Source: an archaeon (GTDB lineage: Archaea > Asgardarchaeota > Thorarchaeia > Thorarchaeales > Thorarchaeaceae). From it: DNA of 64,000 bases. Shown here one piece after another: positions 40,696 through 50,409 of this stretch. A program made the position numbers and the translations under genes. The stretch covers positions 13,723 through 77,722 of the forward strand of contig JAJRWI010000004.1 of NCBI GenBank assembly GCA_024276825.1. Direction: 5' to 3'. The notes beneath the pieces are model-generated. The model saw nothing but the letters and a program-made list of their open reading frames with translations, did not search any database and had not been told where the DNA came from. Position 1 is the first letter of the stretch; every line of letters starts with the position of its first letter.

Positions 40696-42213
40696 TTGAT
40701 GCTAACCACTCACGACTCTCATGTCATCGAACTCTCCATTTCGGAATGGTTCTATCGAAATCGGAATATTGCGGGTTTTGATAATCCTGCAAGATCACTC
40801 TACGTTTCAATCAGAGAGATAGTTGAGAATGCATTGGACGCCTGCGAGTCAGCGGGAGTCCTACCAGGTGTAAGAGTGACTCTATCTCCTGCCTTTAGAC
40901 TGGACACTGAGATTGGAATTAACACGGGACCCCAGGTCTTCACTCTGACCGTCTCAGATAACGGTTCGGGAATAAAGCGGGACCATATTCCCAAGTTGAT
41001 TGGCAAAATGCTGTCTGGTACAAAGTTCCAGAATCAACAGAGTCGCGGCACTTTTGGTCTCGGTGGAAGTCTTGCATTACTCTATGGTCAGATCACCACT
41101 CAATCACCAATTGTTGTCAAGACGGGTTGTTCAGGCGAAGACTGCTATCATCATCTCTCATTGAAGCTAGACATCGAGAAAAACAAGCCACTCATCCTTG
41201 AAGAGACCATACATACAAAACCTATTCATGAACATGGAACAACAATCTCATTCAATCTTCGTGGCGACTGGTTCAGAAGTAAAAGAAGAATCATTGACTA
41301 TTTTCATCAGACCAGCATCATTGTGCCATATGCTTCAATTCGGTTTGACACTCCCGATGGTGAGAGCTTGAAGTTTCCAAGACTGGTAGAGCAGCTACCT
41401 CCAGCTCCGAGAGCAACCAAGCCCCACCCCCGCGGTATTGATGTGGAGATGCTGAAACAGATGATAAACACCACCAAGAGAAGCACATTATTGAAATTCA
41501 TGACCTCAAGTTTTCAGAGTATTGGGGTCTCAACAGCAAAGAAGTTCTTTGAATTTGCAAAGATTGATCCTGAGAGAGCTCCCAAGTCCCTGACATCTGA
41601 AGAACTGATCAATCTCATGGCTGCCTTTGAAATCTATGACAAGTTTAGGCCACCCTCCTCTCGTTCACTATCACCTGCGGGCGAAAAAGTCCTGAAGGCG
41701 GGTCTCACCAGAATCAGTCCCGAGTTCATTGTTGTCAGGCAGCGACCTCCGAATGTGCATGGTGGTCATCCATTCATAATTGAAGTTGGCGTTGCATATG
41801 GTGGTGGCATTAGTCCTGGAATCTGCTTACTCAGATTCGCCAACAGAATCCCACTACTCTATGATGAGCGGAATGATGTTGCCAACCGTGTAATTCGCGA
41901 ATTGAACTTGCGAAACTATGGGCTGAAGCAAGATGATCCCCTCACTTTCCTTGTTCATATCTGCAGCACTCGAATACCCTACAAGACAGTCGGCAAGGAG
42001 TTCATTGCAGATGTGGATGTGATTCGCAGAGAAATAGACCTTGGATTCAAAGACTGTCTTCGACGATTGGGTGACATGGTGAGAAGAAAGACAAGGACAA
42101 TGCGCGTGCGTGCACGTGAGAATCGACTTATGAAATACTACCAGTTTATTGCTGAAACTCTTGGAGAAGCGGTGAGTCGACCAGTAAGCATTGAGCGTCT
42201 GTTTGGAGAGTGA
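40696..42213 (+). CDS. top6B: DNA topoisomerase VI subunit B
   Basis: REIVENALDA, DNGSGI, SRGTFGLG, KPHP.G, H2TH domain, RFANRIPLLY, STRIPYKTVGKE. Confidence 0.92.
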   Translation: MMLTTHDSHVIELSISEWFYRNRNIAGFDNPARSLYVSIREIVENALDACESAGVLPGVRVTLSPAFRLDTEIGINTGPQVFTLTVSDNGSGIKRDHIPKLIGKMLSGTKFQNQQSRGTFGLGGSLALLYGQITTQSPIVVKTGCSGEDCYHHLSLKLDIEKNKPLILEETIHTKPIHEHGTTISFNLRGDWFRSKRRIIDYFHQTSIIVPYASIRFDTPDGESLKFPRLVEQLPPAPRATKPHPRGIDVEMLKQMINTTKRSTLLKFMTSSFQSIGVSTAKKFFEFAKIDPERAPKSLTSEELINLMAAFEIYDKFRPPSSRSLSPAGEKVLKAGLTRISPEFIVVRQRPPNVHGGHPFIIEVGVAYGGGISPGICLLRFANRIPLLYDERNDVANRVIRELNLRNYGLKQDDPLTFLVHICSTRIPYKTVGKEFIADVDVIRREIDLGFKDCLRRLGDMVRRKTRTMRVRARENRLMKYYQFIAETLGEAVSRPVSIERLFGE

Positions 42214-42217
42214 AACA

Positions 42218-43354
42218 ATGGCAGATTTCGGACTGAACAGAGAGGTGCTTGATCTAATAGATAATATATTGGAGACCTTGGCTGAAACAGTGGAGGATGG
42301 AGCATTCCCACAGATTGGTTATTATGGCTCTTCGAAAAAGAATGTGAAGTACTCTCCAGAAATGGGATACAAACACATTGACTCCGTGCCCTCCATCATC
42401 GACGGCAGAAAAGTGGAGAGTGCAAAGACGATTGCTGGACTTGTATACGGGATGACACGCTTCAAGGAGCATCTTGAGCAGGGCATGTCCATGTCATTAA
42501 GAGATTTTTATTATATGCACAAGGTCAAGCATGTTCAGGACATTCTGAAGATTTCTAATCAGAACGAAACAAATCGACTGATCAACCTCTGTGAGAGAAT
42601 TCTTAGGATACGTGGGAAATTTGTCCCACGCGAAGAATTTGGAGTTGTCAGTTCTCCCAAAGGTACGTTCTATGGTGATGTCACTCTACAAGATCTGTCA
42701 GGCAAGGTAATCAACTGCACAAGCACTGGCGAATATGGATGGTTCATCTCATCAAGACCGTTTGAGGTCAAGATTCACAATATCAACATTGATGCTGCCA
42801 TTTTTGTTGAGAAGGAAGCCATGGCACGAAACCTGATCGAACTTGGAATACCTGAAGAGCTCAAGGTTGGAGTCGGCGCTCTATTTGGCCAGCCAGGAAG
42901 AAACATGCGGGCTTGGATTCGCAGATTGGCCGATGAAGAAATTCCAATTCTTGTGCTTGTTGACATGTCCCCGTGGTCACTTAGAATATTCTCTACAATA
43001 AAGAGCAATTCAATCGAACTTGCCAATATCAGCGGTATTTCTACACCCGAGGCAAAACTAATCGGTCTAGCAACACAAGACTTCTGGGGGCGAAAAGGAC
43101 TTCTTAAGGACATCAATCACTCTCTTGAGGCCATGTCGAAGTCTGACATCAAGTGTGCGCAGCAAAACAAAAACATTCCTGCAATTGGTCAGGACCCAAT
43201 ACTCTCGCATGAGAATCAGGTCATGCTTAAGAATCGCAAGAAGGGCGAACTAGAGGCCTTCAAAGCATTTGGACTTCCTCTCGCAAAACTCAGACAGAAA
43301 TACATTGAATACATTATAATCAAGGCACGCGAAAATGATGTTTCACTAAAATAG
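42218..43354 (+). CDS. top6A: DNA topoisomerase VI subunit A (Spo11-like), divergent
   Basis: LRDFYY (catalytic Tyr), REEFGV, FVEKEA, GQP, KGELEA. The TOPRIM DxDP.G motif reads DMSPWS. Confidence 0.85.
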   Translation: MADFGLNREVLDLIDNILETLAETVEDGAFPQIGYYGSSKKNVKYSPEMGYKHIDSVPSIIDGRKVESAKTIAGLVYGMTRFKEHLEQGMSMSLRDFYYMHKVKHVQDILKISNQNETNRLINLCERILRIRGKFVPREEFGVVSSPKGTFYGDVTLQDLSGKVINCTSTGEYGWFISSRPFEVKIHNINIDAAIFVEKEAMARNLIELGIPEELKVGVGALFGQPGRNMRAWIRRLADEEIPILVLVDMSPWSLRIFSTIKSNSIELANISGISTPEAKLIGLATQDFWGRKGLLKDINHSLEAMSKSDIKCAQQNKNIPAIGQDPILSHENQVMLKNRKKGELEAFKAFGLPLAKLRQKYIEYIIIKARENDVSLK

Positions 43355-43414
43355 GAAAATGTGTTCATAAATTGTTATAAGTGAAAAAGCGCCTTGGCAT
43401 TTGAGGAGAGACAT

Positions 43415-44140
43415 ATGTCTGCAGAGAGAGAGCAACTAGTTACAGCCATGGATGACCTGAAGGAGAAGATTATCAAGCTGATTGATGAATGTGAACGACT
43501 GGAGAAAGAAAATGAAGAGTTACGCTCCGCCCGAAGAAAGGCTGAAGAAGAGGTCTGGGCTGTTAAAGAGGAATTGAAGACAAAGACCGAGGAGTTGCAG
43601 ACAGAACTTGATTCCGTCAACTCTCAACTTGAAGAGGCAAAGGGAACAATTGAAAGTCAGAAGTCTGAGATTGATGAGGCAACTAAAACAATAGAGTCAT
43701 TGAAGTCTGAAATTGAAACTCTCAAGTCGGAACTTGAAGAAGCAAAGAAGTCAAGCGAGTCAGCTTTTGAAGAGATTACGAGGGAACGCGACGAACTCAG
43801 GGCAGAGCTGGACGAGATCAACTCAAAATTGCAACGGGTTTCAGAGCTTTATCGTGAAACAGCTGCAGAGAAGGCAAAACTTGAGGAGAAAGTGGATGTC
43901 AGTGATCTCCTTGCAATCTATATCATGCTCATTGAAACGGTATTTTATGGAAAGCCGCATGCGCGAATTCTATATACACTTCACAATACCAAGAAACCAA
44001 TCACTCGCAGAAATATTGCATCAAGCACTGGCATTCAACCAGCAGTGGTACAGAAGGCTATCTTCGACCTTGTAAATGCTGGTCTGGTCAGCTATGATGA
44101 AGAAACGCAAGAGGCAAGACTAATCAAAGAAATAATGTAG
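43415..44140 (+). CDS. Long coiled-coil protein with C-terminal winged helix
   Basis: About 160 aa of heptad E/K-rich sequence, then ARILYTLH...TRRNIASSTGIQPAVVQKAIFDLVNAGLVSY. GAGGAG RBS. Confidence 0.75.
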   Translation: MSAEREQLVTAMDDLKEKIIKLIDECERLEKENEELRSARRKAEEEVWAVKEELKTKTEELQTELDSVNSQLEEAKGTIESQKSEIDEATKTIESLKSEIETLKSELEEAKKSSESAFEEITRERDELRAELDEINSKLQRVSELYRETAAEKAKLEEKVDVSDLLAIYIMLIETVFYGKPHARILYTLHNTKKPITRRNIASSTGIQPAVVQKAIFDLVNAGLVSYDEETQEARLIKEIM

Positions 44141-44158
44141 AACAAAGGAGAAAGTGTA

Positions 44159-45154
44159 TTGGGCAAAAGAGTTGTGTATCCTCCTGAATTGAAGAAATAT
44201 GTCCAGAAGTATAATCTGCAAGAAAAGATGAGGTCAATCCTCGGTCTTCTAGGAACCGAGGCTCAAGATATAGTGAACTGGGCTGCAAAAGAGGTAAAGG
44301 CAGAGTCCTCTAAAGGCAAGACTGATGTTGGAAGGAAAATCTTTCAGAAAATCGCTCGGGAAGCAGCAATCCGTCTAGTTCAGCAGAATCATCGGCGTGG
44401 CAAGATTACAACAAAGGCAGAGGTCAAAAAGAGGACAGGAATTCAAGTTGAGATGCCAGTCTTGTACAAAGATGCGGGTTTCAGGCATCCTCAAGAGGCT
44501 AGAAACCTACGACACAATATCTTTCACCAAGCCTTCCTTGCTCTCGTCATGACATACTTTCCTGATGTCCACACATGGGTGCCAGTGACAGGGCAGGGTT
44601 CACTCACTCCTGACTTGATTGTTGAACACGAAGATCCCAAATGGACGATTGCTGTTGAATACAAGGGCTATCGAAATGTGACCCTTTTGAGTGAATCTGA
44701 AATTCTGAAAGGAATGCGATATCAAAAAGTGTATGGTACAGCATGGCTAGTCACTTCAACAGAGAAGAGTGTTCATAGATTGTATGGCCGATCACTGAAT
44801 TCTGAGAGTCTAATAGATCAAGGAATTGAACGTCTTCAGCGCATTCTGAAAAAGAAGGCTTATACTTCTGAGCAAAAGGAGAATAGGGGAATTGCAAGAA
44901 AGGGACTGAAGCATCTTGAAAAGCACAGGGGTATTAACATACGATGCAAGATGATTTCTGCTGAAGAATTGATAGAATCATGTCGAAATGGCCGCCCCCT
45001 TAAGGGTCTAGCAATCACTACGGGCATGGAATTGGTAGAAATGCTCCGTGGGGCTGGTCTTGATGAGCATGCTGACAACATCTTACGTGTGATGAAGTCT
45101 CCAACTCGATTAGTCCACAGCGAGAGTGTTACTTCTATGCGTTTGATTGAATGA
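44159..45154 (+). CDS. PD-(D/E)xK superfamily nuclease-like protein
   Basis: TPDLIVEHEDPKWTIAVEYKG...EILKGMRY...AWLVT; basic protein. Confidence 0.6.
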   Translation: MGKRVVYPPELKKYVQKYNLQEKMRSILGLLGTEAQDIVNWAAKEVKAESSKGKTDVGRKIFQKIAREAAIRLVQQNHRRGKITTKAEVKKRTGIQVEMPVLYKDAGFRHPQEARNLRHNIFHQAFLALVMTYFPDVHTWVPVTGQGSLTPDLIVEHEDPKWTIAVEYKGYRNVTLLSESEILKGMRYQKVYGTAWLVTSTEKSVHRLYGRSLNSESLIDQGIERLQRILKKKAYTSEQKENRGIARKGLKHLEKHRGINIRCKMISAEELIESCRNGRPLKGLAITTGMELVEMLRGAGLDEHADNILRVMKSPTRLVHSESVTSMRLIE

Positions 45155-45272
45155 AAACCTCGAATCATTAAGTAACACAAGACTTGATAGCAAGTTATTC
45201 AAAGGATACTTGATATGCTTACATGCAACAGGCTTAAGTAAAGCTCTTATAAGAAAAGCAGGGGTTTCAACC

Positions 45273-45665
45273 TTGATACAGGATGAGAATGACGAACTCC
45301 AAGGGCAGTTGAAGAGACTCCTCACCGAGTTTGCAAATAACACTCCTATTCTTGGAGCTGCAATTCTTTCTGTTGAAGGCCTGCCTTTGGTCAGTAATTT
45401 TCAAGCGGGCACGGAAGAAGTGGCTGTTGCTGCAATGGTTGCTGGGATTCATTCCGCCAGTGAGCAAGCTGTACAGGAGCTTCGTCAGGGAAACCTCAAG
45501 TCAATAATTATTGAGGGCGATCAAGGGACCATTGTAATCATATCAATTCGCGGTGGCTATTTACTGGCAATCACTTCTCCTGAAAATGTACGACTTGGGC
45601 TGGTCTTTAACGATGGAAAGCGCGTTGCCCGTAATGCAGCAAAGATCCTACTAAACATTGGTTGA
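45273..45665 (+). CDS. Roadblock/LC7 domain protein
   Basis: ILGAAILSVEGLPLVS, VAAMVA, QELRQG.L..IIIEG..G, RLGLVF. Start probably TTG 45273 after a TATA-like CTTATAAG. Confidence 0.88.
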   Translation: MIQDENDELQGQLKRLLTEFANNTPILGAAILSVEGLPLVSNFQAGTEEVAVAAMVAGIHSASEQAVQELRQGNLKSIIIEGDQGTIVIISIRGGYLLAITSPENVRLGLVFNDGKRVARNAAKILLNIG

Positions 45666-45674
45666 GATGCAATC

Positions 45675-46490
45675 ATGAGATATCCCTTTGATTTTCACCC
45701 CTGCTGGGCTAAAGACAGACGTCATCTGTGGGAGCGCATTCATCTTCCAGTTGCGCCCAAATGCAATGCAAAATGCTTCTTCTGTGACCATAATGTTGGT
45801 GCCTCTTGCCATTTTCCAAAGCCTGGCAGAGCAAACAGGGTAATGACCGTTGATGAAGCTATTACTGTTTTGAAACGCGAGTTGTCAAGCAGGCCAAATC
45901 TTCGAATAGTTGCGGTTTCGGGTCCTGGCGAACCTCTATACAATCCAGAGTTCTATGAATTAATGAAAGCAGTTAAGGAGATAGACGCTGAGCTCAAACT
46001 TTGCACCAGCACAAATGGCATCTTACTACATAATGCAATCGAAAGTCTACTGGATCTTGGTATTTCAACAGTGTCCATATCGGTTCATACTCTGTCAATC
46101 GATACCGCACAGAGTATTTATGAATGGGCCATAATTGATGGTGTGCGGCTTTCAGGTGTGGAAATGGCTCATGAGCTTATAAGGAAGCAAAGACAGGGAA
46201 TATCTGCAGCTGTGGACTCTGGAATCCATGTTAAGGTGAATACTATTTTAATTCCTGGCGTGAATAATGATCAGATGGCACATATTGCTTCTGAACTGTC
46301 GGGAATGGGTGTGAGATTACAAAACATTGTACCCCTTGTCCCACTTGGGAATTGTACACCTGGCCGACCAACCCATGATGAACTAATGGCAGCACGATTG
46401 AGTGCATCTCATCACATTAAACAGTTCTATCATTGCAAGCAATGTAGAAGTGATGTTGTAGGAATTCCTGGAAATGATGTCATTCTTTAG
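45675..46490 (+). CDS. NifB-like radical SAM protein (no NifX domain)
   Basis: HPC, RIHLPVAPKCNAKCFFC, SGPGEPL, CTSTNG, KVNTILIPGVN, HCKQCRSD. Confidence 0.85.
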   Translation: MRYPFDFHPCWAKDRRHLWERIHLPVAPKCNAKCFFCDHNVGASCHFPKPGRANRVMTVDEAITVLKRELSSRPNLRIVAVSGPGEPLYNPEFYELMKAVKEIDAELKLCTSTNGILLHNAIESLLDLGISTVSISVHTLSIDTAQSIYEWAIIDGVRLSGVEMAHELIRKQRQGISAAVDSGIHVKVNTILIPGVNNDQMAHIASELSGMGVRLQNIVPLVPLGNCTPGRPTHDELMAARLSASHHIKQFYHCKQCRSDVVGIPGNDVIL

Positions 46491-47308
46491 CTCTTCTTGA
46501 CTAGGCATCCAACTTCAACAAGCTTGTTGATCAAGAACCACAATGCAGTACTGTCATATGGGAGAGACTCTAGTACATCCTTTATCCTTCTTATTCCATC
46601 AAATGACAGCATCACATCTTCAAGAGGCTTGCCATACTGGGCCTTGAGTCTAGTCAGCACAAACTCTTTGACTTCTGCTTTTTCAAGGATATCTGATTCA
46701 CTCAGTCTACTTTTGAACTCGATGCAGTCGAATTTGCCAAGAATAGAGATCAGAGCGATGACTTCCTCATCTGGCAATTGAATAAGGTCCATGATTTCTG
46801 CAACTGTTCTTTTTCCATTAATGAACGCTTCAACCTGCTCAAGCTTCTTATCTATGATCCCAACGCGATAGGGAATACTATCACATGACTTGATAAGAGA
46901 TGGCACAAGATCCAAGTCTGGAACAAAATATGGAAACGCTTTCAAGACATCTAAAGTGAACTCCCTATAGACTCTAACATCGCCTTCAAAATTATCGAGG
47001 ACTGTCCCATGCTTCTCCTCAATCTCTTCTAGTATCCTTCTCATTCTCTCTCTATAGGGCTCCTCATCGGGGACTGGGTCTACAACTAATAGAATAAGCA
47101 CATGCTTGCCAACTTCTATCAAAATGTCATAAATGGCTTTCCGAATTGTTCGGATTGGATTCTTGGCAAAGATGATCACCGCAGTCACAAAGCCTGCAAT
47201 GAGGTCTGGATCAACAGTCATCTTGGCGTACGGCACATTTAGGATTGATTCACCACCTTCTAGACGTATCACCGAAATGTACCGTACTTTCGAAGTTTCC
47301 ATCATCAT
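46487..47308 (-). CDS. Longin-like domain plus tandem winged helices (NPRL2-like architecture), paralogue 2
   Basis: DPDLIAGFVTAV longin helix, DLVP, FINGKRTVAEI and FDGIRRIKDV repeats. Confidence 0.65.
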   Translation of the reverse strand: MMMETSKVRYISVIRLEGGESILNVPYAKMTVDPDLIAGFVTAVIIFAKNPIRTIRKAIYDILIEVGKHVLILLVVDPVPDEEPYRERMRRILEEIEEKHGTVLDNFEGDVRVYREFTLDVLKAFPYFVPDLDLVPSLIKSCDSIPYRVGIIDKKLEQVEAFINGKRTVAEIMDLIQLPDEEVIALISILGKFDCIEFKSRLSESDILEKAEVKEFVLTRLKAQYGKPLEDVMLSFDGIRRIKDVLESLPYDSTALWFLINKLVEVGCLVKKS

Positions 47309-47415
47309 TGTTCCAGACCTTCTTGCTTGCCGCTACTCACCATAATTACTTGATATGATTTCACCCTCCATGTTGTCAAGACTTACCCTGAACATTGAGG
47401 GAGCTTTTTCCCTCT

Positions 47416-48285
47416 TCAATCTTCAGCTGCCTCCTCCATGTCTGACTTGTGGGCGAGTACATTCAGAGTTATAAGTGTCTTGGCTATTGTTCTCACAACT
47501 TCAACACCCGTAGGGAGCAAGTCACAAACTTCTTTAAGAGTCCGCGTTCCATCGAACAAATCAAGGATTTGGTTCAGCTGATCGCCATAAGCTACAAAAT
47601 AGCTTTTTGGCGGGTCCATCACCTTGATCAGCACGGTATTGTCTGTGAGTGGGCGCGAGAAGATGATCCATTTATATCTATCAAGCATGGAGAAAATCGC
47701 TACAACCTCTTCTTCTGGCAATCCTGAGGCTTCAATGATCTCTCTGACAGTTCTCTTTCCATTGATGAATCCGAGGATCAGCTCGATTTTTTCATAGGTT
47801 GTTTCCACGCTCCATGGAATCTCCTGTTTGTAATCTGGTGTCGCCTCTGACTTTGCAACAATGCTTGGCACCAGATCAAGATTAACACGATTGTATGGAA
47901 ACACGCTAAGAATGAATAAAGCGAACTCCCTGAATGGGCGAATGTCTCCCTTCCAATTGTTCAATTTTGTTTCATATCTCTCTTCAAATGCATTGATGAT
48001 TAATTTTAGAGATTCTCTATATGGCTCCTCACTCTCGACTTTATCAATGATCAGGATTCCAATGATATGCTTTCCTTCCTCTATGAGAACAATATAGCCT
48101 TCTTTGGTGAAGTTCCTTAATTGTTGCTCCTCGTATATCACCACCGCAAGAACAAAACTGGCAACAAGGTCTGGATCCACTTTCATCTCTCGATATGGTA
48201 TTCCTAATATAGGCTCACCACCTTCTCTTCTCACAAGTGATATGTAGCGGATCTTCTCCTCATCAACAGTTTCGTTCATCATCAA
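47416..48285 (-). CDS. Longin-like domain plus tandem winged helices (NPRL2-like architecture), paralogue 1
   Basis: DPDLVASFVLAV, FEERY..L.NWKGD...F, DLVP, FINGKRTVREI, FDGTRTLKEVC. Confidence 0.65.
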   Translation of the reverse strand: MMMNETVDEEKIRYISLVRREGGEPILGIPYREMKVDPDLVASFVLAVVIYEEQQLRNFTKEGYIVLIEEGKHIIGILIIDKVESEEPYRESLKLIINAFEERYETKLNNWKGDIRPFREFALFILSVFPYNRVNLDLVPSIVAKSEATPDYKQEIPWSVETTYEKIELILGFINGKRTVREIIEASGLPEEEVVAIFSMLDRYKWIIFSRPLTDNTVLIKVMDPPKSYFVAYGDQLNQILDLFDGTRTLKEVCDLLPTGVEVVRTIAKTLITLNVLAHKSDMEEAAED

Positions 48286-48359
48286 ACTCCAACTATTACA
48301 TTTCTCTAATATATAGTTGGGTGATATATTTACTGCATGACTTGCAACAATTCAATGAT

Positions 48360-49247
48360 TCAGAAGAACTCTTCAAGCGACGATTGAGCCTCTACACTGA
48401 TGCTTTCATTGATGTTAAGGTCATACCCTATAATCCCTTTAAGGTCCACGATTTGATATGAGTGTGATATGTCTGTTATCAATAGTGAGCCCTTCATACC
48501 AACCACTTCTCCCACAATTCTGAGGTTTCTAGAATTGTTTCTCATTGTGAACAATGAATATGGGTTGCGCTTAATATTTGGAAAAGCATAATATTTCGAT
48601 AAAGGAATAATCATATATTCAGGATATTCGTTTAACAGACCATTATTCTTAAGGAATGCATGGACCAGTTCTTTTGCGCTTTTCCTGTCTGGTGACTTGA
48701 ACAACATCACAACTTTTCTCTGACTACGGACTTGCTTCGCAATTCCTTCAAGTTTCCCAATCTTGCTTTCAATCTGCCTTGCTAATTTTCCGCCTGTCAC
48801 TCTCTCTAGGATAACCCCAAAATCTGCCCCTTGTTCAACCCACCGTGTGAAAAGGCGGTTCTCAGTAGATACCCCAACTTTAAGAATAGAGTCACCGAAA
48901 ATTGCTAGATAGACCACATAGTCAGTAATTCTACAAGTTTCCCAGCGTTCGGGAGTGGCCAAACAAGTGTTTCCAGTACATCTGACACATGATGAATAGA
49001 AGTCAGCAGCATCACATGATTTGCATCTTGCGCCAATCGATGCACGAGCATGATCCGGACATGGGACCTGCATAGCTTCATGGTTTGCAAACCCAATGCA
49101 CATCCTCGGACCTGTCACCTGCCAGCTTACTCTTTCGCCTGATTGTATCTGCAAAAACTCAAGCCTCGTTCTTTTCTCATCCCAAGCCATGATGCCTGAA
49201 GTGAACTTGTCATCTTGTTTTTGCCATTTAATCGAAACAATTTGCAT
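48360..49247 (-). CDS. DUF2797 domain protein
   Basis: Cys clusters, VYLA, LKVGV, RWVEQGA, AR.IE, GEVVGMKG. Confidence 0.8.
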   Translation of the reverse strand: MQIVSIKWQKQDDKFTSGIMAWDEKRTRLEFLQIQSGERVSWQVTGPRMCIGFANHEAMQVPCPDHARASIGARCKSCDAADFYSSCVRCTGNTCLATPERWETCRITDYVVYLAIFGDSILKVGVSTENRLFTRWVEQGADFGVILERVTGGKLARQIESKIGKLEGIAKQVRSQRKVVMLFKSPDRKSAKELVHAFLKNNGLLNEYPEYMIIPLSKYYAFPNIKRNPYSLFTMRNNSRNLRIVGEVVGMKGSLLITDISHSYQIVDLKGIIGYDLNINESISVEAQSSLEEFF

Positions 49248-49256
49248 CTAACAGCC

Positions 49257-50303
49257 TCAAAACCAACCGATTCGTGACTTTCCAGTTACCATCCATTCAA
49301 CCCCAGCAATATTAAGGTCAGCGTGACATTTCGGACATTTGCCATCTTCATCAAGATGATTTGCTTTTAGGAATACCGAATAACGATCAACTGCAATAGT
49401 CCCGCAATTTGGACAAAAAGTGTTCTCATAATCGTGTCCTGCAATGTTTCCTGAATAAACAAACACAAGACCCTCTTCTTTTGCTATTCTGATATGGCGT
49501 TCAAGCATGCTGGGCGGGGTTCTTGGCAGGTGTGTCATTTTGTAAGTCGGAGCAAATGCAATTATATGAAAGGGTGTTCGTTCGCCAAGATTCTCAACGA
49601 CCCATCTTGCCAACTTTCTTGTGTCCTCTTTAAAGTCCCCAACCTCTGGAATGATCAGATTAGTCAATTCAATGAATACACCATTCTCCTTCAGTCGTTT
49701 CATTGACTCGAATATTGGAGTGACCTTGGGCACAGACATCAGATTCTTGTAGAAATCAGGATTTCCGCTGCCTTTGAAATTAATAGACGCTGCATCGAGA
49801 TTTGGATGAATGGCATCAATGGCTTCTTTCGTCATGTAGCCGTTGGTCACAATTGTATTGAACATGCCTTTCTTATGAGCAAGTTCAGCGGTATCACAAG
49901 CAAACTCCCAGAACACTGTTGGTTCAGTATAGGTGTAAGTGATTCCTGAACATCCATAATGTTCTGCAAGGTTGACAATGTCATCTGGGCTTAGATGTTC
50001 TCCCACAGGTTTTTCCCTATGCGCCGAGTGATAATTTAGACAGAATTGACATCGAAAGTTGCATGATGACGTACTGATGGAGAAAGTACGAGACCCTGGT
50101 GCAAAATGAAAAAGTGGCTTTTTTTCGATAGGATCCGCTGCCATGCCGTCAATGAGTCCATATACCATCGTGTACAGCTCTCCATCCTTCATATACCTCA
50201 CTCTGCAGAAGCCAAATTCCTTCTCTCTTAGAACGCATCGCCTTGCGCAGAGGTCGCATCGGATACCATTGGGAATTTTGGAATAGAATCTTGCCTTGCT
50301 CAT
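49257..50303 (-). CDS. amrS: AmmeMemoRadiSam system radical SAM enzyme
   Basis: CDLCARRC...FCRVR, DPIEKKPLFHF.PG, CNFRCQFC, YTYTEP, VYSGN, T.CP.CG. Confidence 0.9.
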   Translation of the reverse strand: MSKARFYSKIPNGIRCDLCARRCVLREKEFGFCRVRYMKDGELYTMVYGLIDGMAADPIEKKPLFHFAPGSRTFSISTSSCNFRCQFCLNYHSAHREKPVGEHLSPDDIVNLAEHYGCSGITYTYTEPTVFWEFACDTAELAHKKGMFNTIVTNGYMTKEAIDAIHPNLDAASINFKGSGNPDFYKNLMSVPKVTPIFESMKRLKENGVFIELTNLIIPEVGDFKEDTRKLARWVVENLGERTPFHIIAFAPTYKMTHLPRTPPSMLERHIRIAKEEGLVFVYSGNIAGHDYENTFCPNCGTIAVDRYSVFLKANHLDEDGKCPKCHADLNIAGVEWMVTGKSRIGWF

Positions 50304-50409
50304 CTCACCTGATTAATAGTACTGCGCCCCTTATTCATCTTTGCGTGTTGTCAAATCCGCTCTAGTCATTGTTAAAAGGAAAAGTGTAGTACTCAATTAC
50401 GATTATGTG

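Noticed and set aside
42218-44140. Wadjet/SMC system (TOPRIM protein next to a coiled coil)
   Set aside because: The coiled-coil protein is only about 240 aa with no Walker motifs or hinge, and the TOPRIM gene is paired with a true top6B.
45675-46490. Evidence of nitrogen fixation
   Set aside because: No nifH, nifD, nifK, nifE or nifN in the window. NifB-like genes alone are not diagnostic.
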